Assembly (NCBI GenBank): GCA_963698075.1
Contig: OY969116.1
Span: forward strand, 734,131 to 798,130
DNA: 64,000 nucleotides
Direction: 5' to 3'
Source of the DNA: an uncultured Candidatus Berkelbacteria bacterium
GTDB taxonomy: Bacteria; Patescibacteriota; UBA1384; UBA12157; JAENIV01
The position numbers were made by a program, and so were the translations under genes. Positions within the stretch are counted from its first letter, which is position 1. Every line of letters begins with the position of its first letter. This document shows, piece after piece, positions 9,551 to 20,027 of the stretch. The notes beneath the pieces are model-generated. The model saw only the letters and a list, made by a program, of their open reading frames with translations. It did not search any database and was not told the DNA's origin.

Positions 9551-11763
9551 AAATTAAAGCTTACTATCTTTATTTATTGTCACTTATTTGGTTAGGTGTT
9601 TTGGCCGCCTTGCTTAGGTTTACTCATCTTAATGTCACTGGTCTTGGAATGACGTTGACGGTTTTGACCTTAATCTTTTTACCAGGGATTTTTCTCTGGC
9701 GGTTAATTAGGTTTGAAAACGTTAATTTATCGATTAAATTACTCTATATTATTGGCTTAGGTTTTGTTTTTTATTTTTTTCTCAATTTCTTGGCCCTCAT
9801 ATTTAAAATGACGCTCGGGCAACTTTCTTTTGCCATTGGGTTTTTTAGCCTGGTCTTATTTTGCTTAAGTTTTTGGGAAGACCGTCAAAATCTTTTCGAG
9901 ATAGATTTTATTTGGATTAAGAAACAAACAATTGGCGATTGGCTTTTGATTGCCCTCCTCCTTGTCGGTGTTATCGCCGCTTTTTTGGGAGTTGATGCCC
10001 AATCGAATAAGGTTATCGGTGATAGTAGTTTCCATTTGGCCATCCTCAAAAAAGTCCTCACAGCCGAAAACCTCTCTCCCCATAATCTCTGGGTTACCAA
10101 GACGACCAGCCTTAATCTTGTCTACTCTTTTCCTGTTTGGCATATCTTCCTCGGTTTTTTGAGTAAAATTCTTAATTTAAATACAATTACTACCTATACG
10201 GAAGTCCTTTTGCCTCTAGTCGTTTTAGCGATCATGGTCGTTTTGGGATTCATTAAGGCGGTTTTTCAAAATAAATATCTTGTCATCGTCAGTTTTTTGA
10301 CTTTTCTGGCTCTTTCTTTTAGCGCCGGAATTTTTTACAACCTGGTGCCGCTTCGGTCACCAGATTCCTTGGTCAGATTGTTACTTTTCCCTTTAGTTTT
10401 AGGATTAACAATTAATTATTTAATCGATACCAAACCCGTCAAGTCAAAAATTTTTGCCAATGTCTTTTTCATTTCTTTTTTGGCGATTTCGATGGGATTA
10501 GTTCACTTTCCTCAACTGATCGAATATTTTTTAATTTTAGGCCTCTTCTTAATTTTTTGGCTCATTTTTAACCGAGGAAAAGAAGCTTTGAAAAAACTCG
10601 CCTGGTTATTCTTGACTCTAGCTGTCTTAATCTTGCCGTATCTTTTAATTTTCCAATTGATGAACTTACGCCATTTTTTTCAAAGCAATTTAGCCAATTT
10701 TACCGATGATCATTTTCGTAATAAGTCTTACATCGTTTCATCAAATATCTATCTTTATACTGTCTTTGCTTTGCCGCTGATGGCCTTATTTTTCAAAAAG
10801 GAACGTCGGCTGATTTTTGTGGTCGCGATTGCCCTCGGTCTCTTGATGATTAGTTGGCAAGTGTTCCAATTACGCCTATTTTTTCTGAAATATTTCGGAG
10901 AAGTTTTTACGATTAGAGCCATCACTGACATTCCCAGTTTCCTTTATGTGGGTTTTATTATCTTTTTATTAATTCTTTTGCTAAATCTTTGTTTCCGAAA
11001 AAAAATCTTTGCCTACTTATCTTCTAGCGTTTTGATCGGCGGCTTTTTATTGATTCTTGCTTTCCGAGCTGCTCCAGTGAAAAATTTTATTGACACCGTG
11101 ATCATTTCTGCCAAGAATCCATTTTTTTATGACTATTTTGTGCCTATTTTAATCGTTCTGGTAGCGGTATCGATAGTAATCTTCGTTTACCAAAATTTTA
11201 TCCGGAAGAAAGATTTAACTATTCAAGATCCTCCCAATAAAATTAATTTCGTCGTGATAACTTTCATTTTATTGGCAATTTTATCCATGCCTTATCTGAG
11301 TGATTTTAGATATGTCTTAGCTCATAATCCCAATGGCTCGCTCATAAATAACCGAGAAATTCAAGCTGTCGGTGATATTCAAAGGGTCGGCGGCAAAGAA
11401 ACGATTGATTTTTTACAAACCCTGCCACCCAGGGCAGTCCTGATTACCTCGAGCATTACCGTGGCTCAGATACTTTTGCCCAATATCAGTCAGTATTTGG
11501 CAGAATATCCCTACGGCATCAACGAATTTAGCTATAGTCAAAAGCTTTATGACCCCAATCTTTCGCCCGAGGGTCGCCAAGAAATTTTGGACAAACACCC
11601 AGTTGATTATGTTATTTGCCTTAGATCTTGGGAGACTGTTCTTTTCGAAGGCCAAACGGGATTTGAAAAAATTTATCAAAAAAAATATTCTTATACTGTC
11701 CAAAGTGGTCAAATTTCTTATCAAAAAGAAGCCGAGTTCACCATTTTTAGCTATCTTCATTAA
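9547..11763 (+). CDS. large polytopic membrane protein, GT-C-like (paralog 3 of 3)
   Basis: 738 aa, motifs DSSFHLAILKKV, FPVWHIFLGFLSKIL, C-terminal soluble domain similar to paralogs; start overlaps upstream stop (ATGA). Confidence 0.6.
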   Translation: MKIKAYYLYLLSLIWLGVLAALLRFTHLNVTGLGMTLTVLTLIFLPGIFLWRLIRFENVNLSIKLLYIIGLGFVFYFFLNFLALIFKMTLGQLSFAIGFFSLVLFCLSFWEDRQNLFEIDFIWIKKQTIGDWLLIALLLVGVIAAFLGVDAQSNKVIGDSSFHLAILKKVLTAENLSPHNLWVTKTTSLNLVYSFPVWHIFLGFLSKILNLNTITTYTEVLLPLVVLAIMVVLGFIKAVFQNKYLVIVSFLTFLALSFSAGIFYNLVPLRSPDSLVRLLLFPLVLGLTINYLIDTKPVKSKIFANVFFISFLAISMGLVHFPQLIEYFLILGLFLIFWLIFNRGKEALKKLAWLFLTLAVLILPYLLIFQLMNLRHFFQSNLANFTDDHFRNKSYIVSSNIYLYTVFALPLMALFFKKERRLIFVVAIALGLLMISWQVFQLRLFFLKYFGEVFTIRAITDIPSFLYVGFIIFLLILLLNLCFRKKIFAYLSSSVLIGGFLLILAFRAAPVKNFIDTVIISAKNPFFYDYFVPILIVLVAVSIVIFVYQNFIRKKDLTIQDPPNKINFVVITFILLAILSMPYLSDFRYVLAHNPNGSLINNREIQAVGDIQRVGGKETIDFLQTLPPRAVLITSSITVAQILLPNISQYLAEYPYGINEFSYSQKLYDPNLSPEGRQEILDKHPVDYVICLRSWETVLFEGQTGFEKIYQKKYSYTVQSGQISYQKEAEFTIFSYLH

Positions 11764-11776
11764 GAATTGAGGTCAA

Positions 11777-12706
11777 TTGCCCAAATTGTTAAAAAAAGTA
11801 ATTCTAATAGTCCTGGTTTTAAGTTTAGTCTTTGTGATCGGGTTAAATTTTCTTACCCCTAAGAAAAATTCCCAATTTCGGGTCAGCTCTTTTAAAATTA
11901 ACCAACTCGACCAAGATGAAATGCCGTTTACCTTCGACAAGATTGCCCCTCTTGAAAATGATTTTCCCACCGATCAAGATGGCATCATTCTATATAATAA
12001 TCAATATTATCACCCCGGTCAGATTGCCGATGAGGGCTTATTTTTGGTTGATACTTATCGTCAAATCAACAACCAGGAATTCTTGCTTCGAGCGGAAAAA
12101 TACGCCCATAAACTTTTAGAGTTGTCGCTTAAATCAAATGGGGCGCTTTATTTTCCTTACCCCTTTGATTTCCCTTTACATGGCTTAAAAGATGACGTCA
12201 TGAGAGCTCCCTGGTATTCAGGAATGACTCAGGGCGAGGCCCTTTCCCTTTTTAGCCGACTTTACGGGATAACTCACAAAAAAGAATATTTGATGGCCGC
12301 CGATCAGACATTTCAAAGTTTCGTAAATTTTAATCACAATCCCTGGATAGTCAATGTCGACGACAACAATTATTATTGGATTGATGAATACCCAGAAGAA
12401 AACCCCGACCAAACTCTTAACGGTTTTATTTTTGGGACTTTCGGTTTGTATGATTATTATCTTTTAAAAAAAGATTCCTCATCAAGAAAAATGCTCATGG
12501 CAGCTTTTACCACCATCAAGCACTATTTACCAGCATTCAGGAATCCAGGGAAAATAAGTTTCTATTGTCTTAAACATAAAGTCCAGAATGCACCTTATCA
12601 TAAAATTCACATCAGGCAGCTGAATCAGCTTTATAAAATAACCGGGGATTCATTCTTCAAAACAATGGCCGATAATTTTTATCAAGATTATCATGAATCA
12701 ACTTAA
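11777..12706 (+). CDS. D-glucuronyl C5-epimerase C-terminal domain-like protein, membrane anchored
   Basis: RAPWYSGMTQGEALSLFSRLYGIT resembles the WYSAMAQGQAIS motif of Glce-type C5-epimerases; N-terminal TM helix. Confidence 0.55.
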   Translation: MPKLLKKVILIVLVLSLVFVIGLNFLTPKKNSQFRVSSFKINQLDQDEMPFTFDKIAPLENDFPTDQDGIILYNNQYYHPGQIADEGLFLVDTYRQINNQEFLLRAEKYAHKLLELSLKSNGALYFPYPFDFPLHGLKDDVMRAPWYSGMTQGEALSLFSRLYGITHKKEYLMAADQTFQSFVNFNHNPWIVNVDDNNYYWIDEYPEENPDQTLNGFIFGTFGLYDYYLLKKDSSSRKMLMAAFTTIKHYLPAFRNPGKISFYCLKHKVQNAPYHKIHIRQLNQLYKITGDSFFKTMADNFYQDYHEST

Positions 12707-12711
12707 AAAAG

Positions 12712-13917
12712 TTATCTTACGAAAAGAGATTGCTCCAAAACTCGATAAAAATTTTCATCAGAGAATTTTTCGATGGCCAATCTACGGGCATTTTTTGAAT
12801 ATTGGCTGACGATTTGAGGGTTATTATAAAGCTTTAAAATAACTTGTGAAAGTTCTCTGGAAGCTCCAGGTCGTACGACTAAACCAACATTATTTGATTC
12901 AATTAGTTCTTTTAAGTTTTTGCCAGCACAAGCCACAATCGGCTTACCACACCCGAGATATTCGCTAGTTTTTGTCGGTAAGGCATTATCAGAAAAAAAT
13001 TTGTTTGGGGAAAGAGAGATTAAACCAAGATCTGAAGCATTAATCAGCTCGATAATTTTTTCCGTTGGTTGGCCATCAATGAAAATAATATTTTTTAATT
13101 TAAAATCTTTGGCTTGATGAATGAGGTTTTCTTTGTCTTCACCTTCTCCAACAAGGAAAAATATAATTTTAGGATATTTTTTAAGTAATTGGGCGGTTTC
13201 AATGACAGTTTTTAGATTTTGAACTTGGGTTAATGAGCCAACATAAATAACGACAAAATCATCTGGGGAGAGTTTGAATTTTGGTCGCGAGACTTCTGCG
13301 GGTTTAAAAAGATTAATGTCAACGGTATTAACTAAAGTAATTACCTTTTCTTTAGGGATTCCCATTTTAATAATAGTTTTTCTGATTTCCCCCGTCGCCG
13401 AGAAAATTTTTTGCGATCGGCGATAGTAAAGTCTCTCGAGGCCCTTCAATGTTTTTTTAATCATCTTGTTTGGTTTATAACCTAATTCGAAAGCAGAATC
13501 TGGCCAGAGATCACGAACATCGAAGATAAAATTACCCCTGCCCATCCAGATGGCAAAAAGACCGGCTAGCCCTGAAAAAAAGTTTGGTGAGGAAACAATT
13601 ACTAAATCGAAAGGTTCCATAAAAAAGATCGTCAAACAAGCCGCCAAAACGAAAACAAGATGGTTGATCGTTCTTCTAATAAAGCCCTTATTAGGAGTTG
13701 GCAAGTCCCAAACCCTAATGATATTTATTCGTCCGTCACGTTCTTTAGTCCAAAGTTTGCCACGATATTCCGGTGGTAGAATACCGGTTGGGTAGGAGGG
13801 CAGACTGGTGAGTACTGTTGTTTCATATCTTGAGGCCAAAAATTCAGCAATCCGGGACATCCTTTTGACTGGCGACTTCACTGGTTTGTACCAATGACTA
13901 ATAAGTAGCGCGCGCAT
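12712..13917 (-). CDS. glycosyltransferase family 4 (WcaI-like)
   Basis: GT-B fold length (401 aa), C-terminal LVGEGEDKENL...EYLGCGKPIVA nucleotide-sugar binding region. Confidence 0.7.
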   Translation of the reverse strand: MRALLISHWYKPVKSPVKRMSRIAEFLASRYETTVLTSLPSYPTGILPPEYRGKLWTKERDGRINIIRVWDLPTPNKGFIRRTINHLVFVLAACLTIFFMEPFDLVIVSSPNFFSGLAGLFAIWMGRGNFIFDVRDLWPDSAFELGYKPNKMIKKTLKGLERLYYRRSQKIFSATGEIRKTIIKMGIPKEKVITLVNTVDINLFKPAEVSRPKFKLSPDDFVVIYVGSLTQVQNLKTVIETAQLLKKYPKIIFFLVGEGEDKENLIHQAKDFKLKNIIFIDGQPTEKIIELINASDLGLISLSPNKFFSDNALPTKTSEYLGCGKPIVACAGKNLKELIESNNVGLVVRPGASRELSQVILKLYNNPQIVSQYSKNARRLAIEKFSDENFYRVLEQSLFVR

Positions 13918-14281
13918 GGCCTCTCTTTCTGACTGCCGCTCCTTTTTTGATATTTTTTAAGGCCAAGGCTCTGACTAATCGAGTGATTTCTTTTTCTTGC
14001 TCATTGGATTTGACATAGAGTCGATAAGTGGCATAAAAAAGCGCCACGATTCCTAAAAAGAACATGGCATCATTGCCGCGTTCCATCCCTAGGATTTTGG
14101 CTAAAAAATTGGTTTTGCCGGGAATAAAAACTAAAATAATCATTGCCAACCAAAGAAATGACCAAAAAATTAGTTCTTTTAAGTTTAAATCTTTAGAATA
14201 AAAACGAATCACCGCTCTCGACCAGGCAAAGACAGCGAAAAGGGTAAAAAGAATTTTGATTAAGGCAAGAGAAAGATGCAT
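13898..14281 (-). CDS. DUF2304-like small membrane protein (GT2-associated)
   Basis: 127 aa, three TM segments, basic C-tail; typical partner immediately downstream of Dpm1-like GT2. Confidence 0.5.
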   Translation of the reverse strand: MHLSLALIKILFTLFAVFAWSRAVIRFYSKDLNLKELIFWSFLWLAMIILVFIPGKTNFLAKILGMERGNDAMFFLGIVALFYATYRLYVKSNEQEKEITRLVRALALKNIKKGAAVRKRGHARATY

Positions 14282-14302
14282 TGTTTTGACCTCGTCAACT
14301 AG

Positions 14303-15013
14303 CTATTTAGTAAAAAATCTCCTGTAAATTAACTTGGAAATGATGCGCAAGGCATTGATATTTTTTTGTCCTTTTCCTAATGAGTAATCAGTATAAACAC
14401 TTTTAACCGGGACTTCAATTAATTTTAATTCGTGGCGGCCTATCTCGTAAAAAAATTCGCTCGAAACCTCCATTTTATTTGACTGAATATCAATTTTTGA
14501 TAGAGACTTTTTGGAAAAAGCCCGTAGTCCTGATTGCGAATCCGTTGACCAGACCCAGAAAAAGAGAACTGTAATTAAATTAAGTCCCCAAATACCAATC
14601 ATTCGATACCATGGCATTCCTTGGGGATTTTTAAGCCGTGAACCGATAACAACGTCAGATTGGCCATAGACAATTGGTCTTAACACCGGCCAAATATCAT
14701 CACTTTGATGTTGGCCGTCGGCATCAAAAGTTAAGACCACGTCAAACTGGTTTTCGCGGGCATATTCAAAACCGGTTCCCAAGGCACCACCCAAACCTCG
14801 GTTTAAATTATGTTCGATTAAAGTGATCCCGGCTTGTAAGTGACTTTGAACAATTTCGGCGGTTTTATCAGTTGAGCCATCGCTGATAACAACAATTTCT
14901 GTTTCACGGATTCCCGGGTAACGGCGGGGGATCGATTCTAAAACCGCCTTAATGGTTTTTTCCTCGTTGTAGGCTGGGATAATGATGGCTAACTTTATCT
15001 GTTTTTTTAACAT
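14303..15013 (-). CDS. GT2 polyprenol-phosphate glycosyltransferase (Dpm1/GtrB-like)
   Basis: LAIIIPAYNEE...VISDGSTDKT...DADGQH motifs (DxD, GT-A fold). Confidence 0.8.
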   Translation of the reverse strand: MLKKQIKLAIIIPAYNEEKTIKAVLESIPRRYPGIRETEIVVISDGSTDKTAEIVQSHLQAGITLIEHNLNRGLGGALGTGFEYARENQFDVVLTFDADGQHQSDDIWPVLRPIVYGQSDVVIGSRLKNPQGMPWYRMIGIWGLNLITVLFFWVWSTDSQSGLRAFSKKSLSKIDIQSNKMEVSSEFFYEIGRHELKLIEVPVKSVYTDYSLGKGQKNINALRIISKLIYRRFFTK

Positions 15014-15035
15014 CGATTAAATTTTAATCTATGTT
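15009..15035. repeat. AT-rich 27-bp palindrome family, copy 1 (AACATCGATTAAATTTTAATCTATGTT); overlaps GT2 start codon
   Basis: read directly; related copies at 22292, 39064, 53246, 53574. Confidence 0.5.
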
Positions 15036-15132
15036 TTCCAATGGTGATTGTGACTTTACCATACAACGGCTTTGGGAACTTTGGCAAGTCCCCTATCTTT
15101 TTACCTTAAAATTTGCTAAAATATCTGTAGAT

Positions 15133-15219
15133 GGAGAGATGGCAGAGTGGCCGATTGCGCCGCACTTGAAATGCGGTATCCTCGCAAGGGGATCGGGGGT
15201 TCGAATCCCTCTCTCTCCG
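15133..15219 (+). tRNA. tRNA-Ser (anticodon TGA), long variable arm
   Basis: Cloverleaf folded by hand: acceptor GGAGAGA/TCTCTCC, anticodon stem CCGCA/TGCGG, loop CTTGAAA, variable arm, T-loop GGTTCGAATCC; CCA not encoded. Confidence 0.85.
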
Positions 15220-15247
15220 AATTGGATTTAGTGTATGATAATTTTAT

Positions 15248-15339
15248 GGAGAGGTCGCATAGTTTGGCCTAGTGCGGCACGGTGCTAACGTGCTGAGTCC
15301 GCAAGGGCTCCGTGGGTTCGAATCCCACCCTCTCCGCCA
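15248..15339 (+). tRNA. tRNA-Ser (anticodon GCT), long variable arm, CCA encoded
   Basis: acceptor GGAGAGG/CCTCTCC, anticodon loop GTGCTAA, T-loop GGTTCGAATCC, 3' CCA present. Confidence 0.85.
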
Positions 15340-15500
15340 AGCCAAAATGTCCAATTCTTTTGGATGTTTTGGCTTGAGGGTTGGTGAGAACCCACAAATG
15401 ACAGTCATGTTATAACAATGAGACATTTACAGAAAGCACGAAAAAGACATTTAAGATAGATTTAACAAAACTTGATTGAGACGTCGGTTGGACACCGACC

Positions 15501-15523
15501 TTCGAATCCCACCCTCTCCGCCA
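15501..15523 (+). repeat. 23-nt direct repeat of tRNA-Ser(GCT) 3' end (TTCGAATCCCACCCTCTCCGCCA), att-like scar
   Basis: exact match to 15317-15339, 161 bp downstream of the intact tRNA. Confidence 0.6.
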
Positions 15524-15608
15524 CGTAATAAATTTGTGAACAAATTTAAACGTGGCTGAGACGTTTAAATCTATTGATTTATTACGTCTCGCCAAAATTA
15601 AAAAATAT

Positions 15609-16457
15609 ATGAAATTTTCTTTCAAATTAAAAAAACGTTTGGGGATTACCGAACTTCAGAAAAACACTCGCCAATTGATCGAAATTCTTTCGGAAAATTA
15701 CGTCAAGGAAAATCTCTTTCAAAATCCTAAATATCAAAACCCAAAAAAACTCAACCGCTTTGAATTTCAGGTTTTTTCCCAAAACGGTGAAGACGGCATT
15801 ATCGAAGAAATTTTTAAGCGTATTGGCACAACAAATAAGTTTTTTGTTGAGTTTGGCGCTGCCAATGGTCTTTGGAACAATACCACCCACCTTCTTATTA
15901 AAGATTGGAAGGGTTTATGGATTGAGGGTGATGAGGAATGTATTGCTGAGATTAAGACCAAGTTCGCTCGTCTTATTGATAAGAAAAAATTAATTATTCG
16001 AAAAGACTATGTGACTCCAGAGAATGTTGAAGATTTATTTAAAGAAGCCCGGGTTCTCCAGGATTTTGACCTTTGCTCCATTGATATTGACGGCAATGAC
16101 TACTGGGTTTGGCAGGCGATCCGAGAATTTAAGCCCCGCGTCATGACAATCGAATACAACTCTTTATTTCGTCCGGAGACCAAATGGGTGATGAAATACA
16201 ACCCCAAACATTTCTGGAATCAAACTTGCTATGCTGGCGCCAGCCTAAAGTCACTCGAAATATTAGGAGCCCAAAAAGGCTATAGGCTGGTTGCCTGCGA
16301 CTTCCTTGGTGTCAATGCCTTTTTCGTCAGGAAAGATTTAGTCAAAGATAAATTCCTCTCTCCATTCACTGCCGAGAATCATTACGAGCCGCCCCGCTAT
16401 TTTCTTTCGCGATCGCTTGGCCACCCCCGCGATTTCGGCGATTTTGAAAATATCTAA
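15609..16457 (+). CDS. hypothetical protein (possible polysaccharide-modifying enzyme)
   Basis: ORF with FSQNGEDGIIEEIF and DIDGNDYWV motifs; ATG 15609 chosen, GTG 15552 alternative overlaps tRNA fragment. Confidence 0.45.
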   Translation: MKFSFKLKKRLGITELQKNTRQLIEILSENYVKENLFQNPKYQNPKKLNRFEFQVFSQNGEDGIIEEIFKRIGTTNKFFVEFGAANGLWNNTTHLLIKDWKGLWIEGDEECIAEIKTKFARLIDKKKLIIRKDYVTPENVEDLFKEARVLQDFDLCSIDIDGNDYWVWQAIREFKPRVMTIEYNSLFRPETKWVMKYNPKHFWNQTCYAGASLKSLEILGAQKGYRLVACDFLGVNAFFVRKDLVKDKFLSPFTAENHYEPPRYFLSRSLGHPRDFGDFENI

Positions 16458-16472
16458 ATTTTGTGCTAACTT

Positions 16473-17360
16473 TTGAAGGCCATGACTTTTCCAAACGGTA
16501 AACAATTTGCCTTTAGCATTGTTGATGACACGGACGGGGACGAAATCGAAAACACCCGTCCAATTTATGAATTTTTGGTCAATTTGGGTCTGAAAACTAC
16601 CAAGACCGTTTGGGCACAAAAATCCCGTGATGGTTTTAAGGGTCTTTCTTTAGAGGATTATCGATATCGCCAATACATTAAAAAACTCGAACGATCAGGT
16701 TTTGAAATTGCTTTCCATGGCGTCGGCTCAGGTCGATTTACCCGACAAGATATTATCGATGGCCTTGAGGTTTTTCACCAATTCATGGGTTTTTATCCCA
16801 AAATTCAGATTAATCACGGTCAAAATCCTGACAACCTCTATTGGGGCGTCAAAAGATTTTCTTTTTTGCGGCCTTTTTGGCGCTGGAGCCATTTTCGCGG
16901 CGACGATCCCGAATCAATTTATTTCTGGGGCGATTACGCCCAAAAATATATCAAATTCATCCGCAATTTTACCTTTAAAAAACTTAACTTGCTCAAGTTT
17001 GACCCATTTATGCCTTATAAAGAAACCAGAAAAGTTTATGCCAATTATTGGTTTAGCGCCACCGAAGCCCCAGATGTGGTCAAATTTAACAAAATCGTAA
17101 ATCAGGAAAGCCTCGATCGTTTAATTAAAGAGAAAGGCATGGCCATTGTCTATACTCATTTTGCCTCGGGATTTTGCCGAGCCGGGCGCCTCGATCGCAC
17201 CTTTCAGCGGAATATGGTCTATCTTGCCCGTCGAAATGGCTGGTTTGTACCGGCAGGTGATTTGTTGGATTATCTTTTAAAACAGGGTAGAGGCAAAGAG
17301 ATTAGTTCTTGGCAAAAATTAAGTCTCGAAGCCGAATGGTTGCTTAATAGAATATTTTAA
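16473..17360 (+). CDS. hypothetical protein, divergent polysaccharide-deacetylase-like
   Basis: FSIVDDTDG and EIAFHGVGSG resemble NodB motifs 1/2 loosely. Confidence 0.4.
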   Translation: MKAMTFPNGKQFAFSIVDDTDGDEIENTRPIYEFLVNLGLKTTKTVWAQKSRDGFKGLSLEDYRYRQYIKKLERSGFEIAFHGVGSGRFTRQDIIDGLEVFHQFMGFYPKIQINHGQNPDNLYWGVKRFSFLRPFWRWSHFRGDDPESIYFWGDYAQKYIKFIRNFTFKKLNLLKFDPFMPYKETRKVYANYWFSATEAPDVVKFNKIVNQESLDRLIKEKGMAIVYTHFASGFCRAGRLDRTFQRNMVYLARRNGWFVPAGDLLDYLLKQGRGKEISSWQKLSLEAEWLLNRIF

Positions 17361-17410
17361 TTCTTGAAAAAAAGTCTCTTCTGGAGTAAAATAATAATAA
17401 GTTCGATCAT

Positions 17411-17483
17411 GTCCCCATAGCTCAGCGGATAGAGCGTCAGCTTGCGGAGCTGAAGGTCGGGTGTTCAAATCACCCTGGGGACG
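17411..17483 (+). tRNA. tRNA-Arg (anticodon GCG)
   Basis: acceptor GTCCCCA/TGGGGAC, anticodon stem TCAGC/GCTGA loop TTGCGGA, T-loop GGGTGTTCAAATCACCC. Confidence 0.75.
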
Positions 17484-17493
17484 CTATTTTATT

Positions 17494-18954
17494 ATGTCTT
17501 ATACCCGCCGCGTGGCCTTCAATACTATCGTTCAAGTCATTGGTAAGGTTCTCACCACCTTGATTTCTTTATTTTTGGTTGCCGCGCTTACCCGTTACTT
17601 GGGCGTTTCCGGTTATGGCCAATACACCACGATTTTTGCCTTCACTCAATTTTTTGCCGTTTTTGCCGATTTCGGCTTTTTTTGGTTTTTGGTTCGTGAG
17701 ATTTCCAAACCCGACGCGCCGCAAGAGAAGATTTTTAACAATGTCCTCACTTTTCGCACTTTTGTGGCATTGGTGGTTTTTGTTATTGCCTTTATCGCGG
17801 CGTTATTCATTCCTCAATATCATGATTTCCGTTTCGGCATCGGGATTATTGCCGCCGCCTCTTTCTGGCAAGTTCTCAATGGTACTTATGTCGGTATTTT
17901 CCAGAATCGTCTGAGAATGGACAAAGCGGCTTTGACTGATGTCTTAGGCCGTCTTGTGATTTTGTTAATAGTGCTTTGGCAAATCAAAACTGGTACTAAC
18001 TTAAACAGAATCCTCTGGTCATATTTTGCCGGCAACATGGTTAATTTCCTCGCCAGCGCCTTTTTGGGACGGATTTATCTTCGCTTTCGACCGGCTTTCG
18101 ATTTTGGCTACTGGCGACGGATAATCACCGAATGCTTTCCGATTTTTTTGGTCTCAATCTTGAGTCTGATATCTTTCAAAATCGACACGGTCATGCTTTC
18201 GCTTTTAAAAAGTTCAACCGATGTCGGCATTTACGGACCGCCCTACAAAGTCATTGAAATTTTCATCCTTTTGCCAGGGATTTTTATGGGCAATGTTTTT
18301 CCGATTTTGACCAGTTACATTTATTCGCAAGACAAGCGACTTTTTGGCGCCTTTCAAAAATCTTTCGACTTTTTAATCATTGCCGCTTTGCCCCTGGTTG
18401 CTGCCGTCATTGTTTTGGCCGAAAGGGTTATCAGGATAGTTGCTGGCCAGGATTTTGTCAGCGCCCATACCATTGGGCCAGTTTTGGGCCTCCCGGCTAC
18501 TTCAGTTCTGGCTTTACAAATTCTCATCATTGCCGTCGCCATCGCTTATATTTCCCACCTTTTCAATTACATGGTCATTGCCTTGGGTAAACAAGCTAAG
18601 CTCATTGGTCCCAATATAATTTTTGTGATTTTTAATGTGGCCTTAAACTTATTTTTAATCCCAAGATTCTCTTATATCGGGGCCGCCCTGGTCACGGTTT
18701 TAACCGAGATAGTCGTGGTTTCTCTCTACTTTAGGGTTTTGCGTCGCTATCTGGTAATTAAGATTAACCTGGACATCTTGCCAAAAACGATTCTTGCGGC
18801 TATAATCTTGGGTCTGACCCTTTACTGGCTAAGATTTTTAAGTCTCTGGTATTTGGTGCCAATCGGGATAGTCATCTATTCGATTGCTTTATTCTTAGTC
18901 AGAGGCATATCCAAAGAAATGATCCTCGCCGTTATTAAGCCAAAAAACTCATGA
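17494..18954 (+). CDS. oligosaccharide flippase (Wzx-like, MOP superfamily) / polysaccharide biosynthesis protein
   Basis: ~487 aa, 12-14 TM, typical Wzx N-terminus; ATG 17494 just after tRNA-Arg. Confidence 0.7.
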   Translation: MSYTRRVAFNTIVQVIGKVLTTLISLFLVAALTRYLGVSGYGQYTTIFAFTQFFAVFADFGFFWFLVREISKPDAPQEKIFNNVLTFRTFVALVVFVIAFIAALFIPQYHDFRFGIGIIAAASFWQVLNGTYVGIFQNRLRMDKAALTDVLGRLVILLIVLWQIKTGTNLNRILWSYFAGNMVNFLASAFLGRIYLRFRPAFDFGYWRRIITECFPIFLVSILSLISFKIDTVMLSLLKSSTDVGIYGPPYKVIEIFILLPGIFMGNVFPILTSYIYSQDKRLFGAFQKSFDFLIIAALPLVAAVIVLAERVIRIVAGQDFVSAHTIGPVLGLPATSVLALQILIIAVAIAYISHLFNYMVIALGKQAKLIGPNIIFVIFNVALNLFLIPRFSYIGAALVTVLTEIVVVSLYFRVLRRYLVIKINLDILPKTILAAIILGLTLYWLRFLSLWYLVPIGIVIYSIALFLVRGISKEMILAVIKPKNS

Positions 18955-20027
18955 AAATAGCGATAGATACCCAGACAACTTTAGGTCAAAAATCAGGGTT
19001 TGGTTTTTACGTCAAAAATTTGGTCGAGGCCCTGGCTAAGGTTGATCACCAGAATGAATATTTTTTGATTCGCCCCAACACCGAAAAAGATTTTTCGACT
19101 CCTCAAAGATTGCTCTGGGATCAGGTAATTTTTCCTAATCGCGCCCGGCAAAAAAAAGTTGATTTACTCCATCAGCCCTGTTTTTCGGCCCCCTTGTTAT
19201 ATCCAGGCCGCGTGATTGTTACTTGTCACGATCTTATTTCCATCTTTTTCCCGGCAAATCTTCCCCTGGCTTCCCGTCTTTTTTACTCTCAATGGGAACC
19301 ATTTTCTTATCGCAAGGCCTCAAAAATTATCGCAATATCGGAGCACACCAAAAAGGATTTAATGGCTTTTTTGAAGATTCCCGAAGAAAAAATCAGCGTT
19401 ATCCAATTGGCGGCTTCAAGAGATTTTCGACCCGTTAAATCGAAGAAAACTTTAAAAAAAATTCAAAAGAAGTATCGCACCGGGCCAAATTATATTTTGG
19501 ATGTCGGTACCCTAGAACCGCGCAAGAATTTGTCTTTCTTGGTTCGTGCCTACGCCCTGGCGGTTCGCGAGGGAGCTGACGTCAATTTGGTGATTACTGG
19601 TAAAAAAGGTTGGTATTTTGAAGGATTATTTAAATTAGTAGCCGAGCTCAATTTAAAAAATAAAATCATCTTCACCGGCTATGTTGAGGAGAAGAACCTC
19701 CCTGCCCTTTATTCCGGCGCCAAAGCCTTTGTTTTCCCCAGTCTTTATGAAGGTTTTGGTCTGCCGCCGCTGGAGGCGATGGCCTGTGGCGCACCCGTAA
19801 TTTCTTCGAGTACCTCCTCCATGCCCGAGGTCATTGGCCAAGCAGGAATCCTTATTTCGCCCAAAGATGAACGGGTCTGGGCCCAAAATATTCTCAAAAT
19901 CCTCCGTGACAAAGGTTTAGCCCGGACTTTAAGCCAAATGGGTTTAAGACAGGCGAAGAAGTTTTCGTGGGAAGAGACCGCCCGAAAAACCATCGAAGTC
20001 TATAAGGAGGTTATAAATTATACGTGA
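18951..20027 (+). CDS. glycosyltransferase family 4
   Basis: [20 protein letters not shown] motif. Confidence 0.8.
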   Translation: MKIAIDTQTTLGQKSGFGFYVKNLVEALAKVDHQNEYFLIRPNTEKDFSTPQRLLWDQVIFPNRARQKKVDLLHQPCFSAPLLYPGRVIVTCHDLISIFFPANLPLASRLFYSQWEPFSYRKASKIIAISEHTKKDLMAFLKIPEEKISVIQLAASRDFRPVKSKKTLKKIQKKYRTGPNYILDVGTLEPRKNLSFLVRAYALAVREGADVNLVITGKKGWYFEGLFKLVAELNLKNKIIFTGYVEEKNLPALYSGAKAFVFPSLYEGFGLPPLEAMACGAPVISSSTSSMPEVIGQAGILISPKDERVWAQNILKILRDKGLARTLSQMGLRQAKKFSWEETARKTIEVYKEVINYT

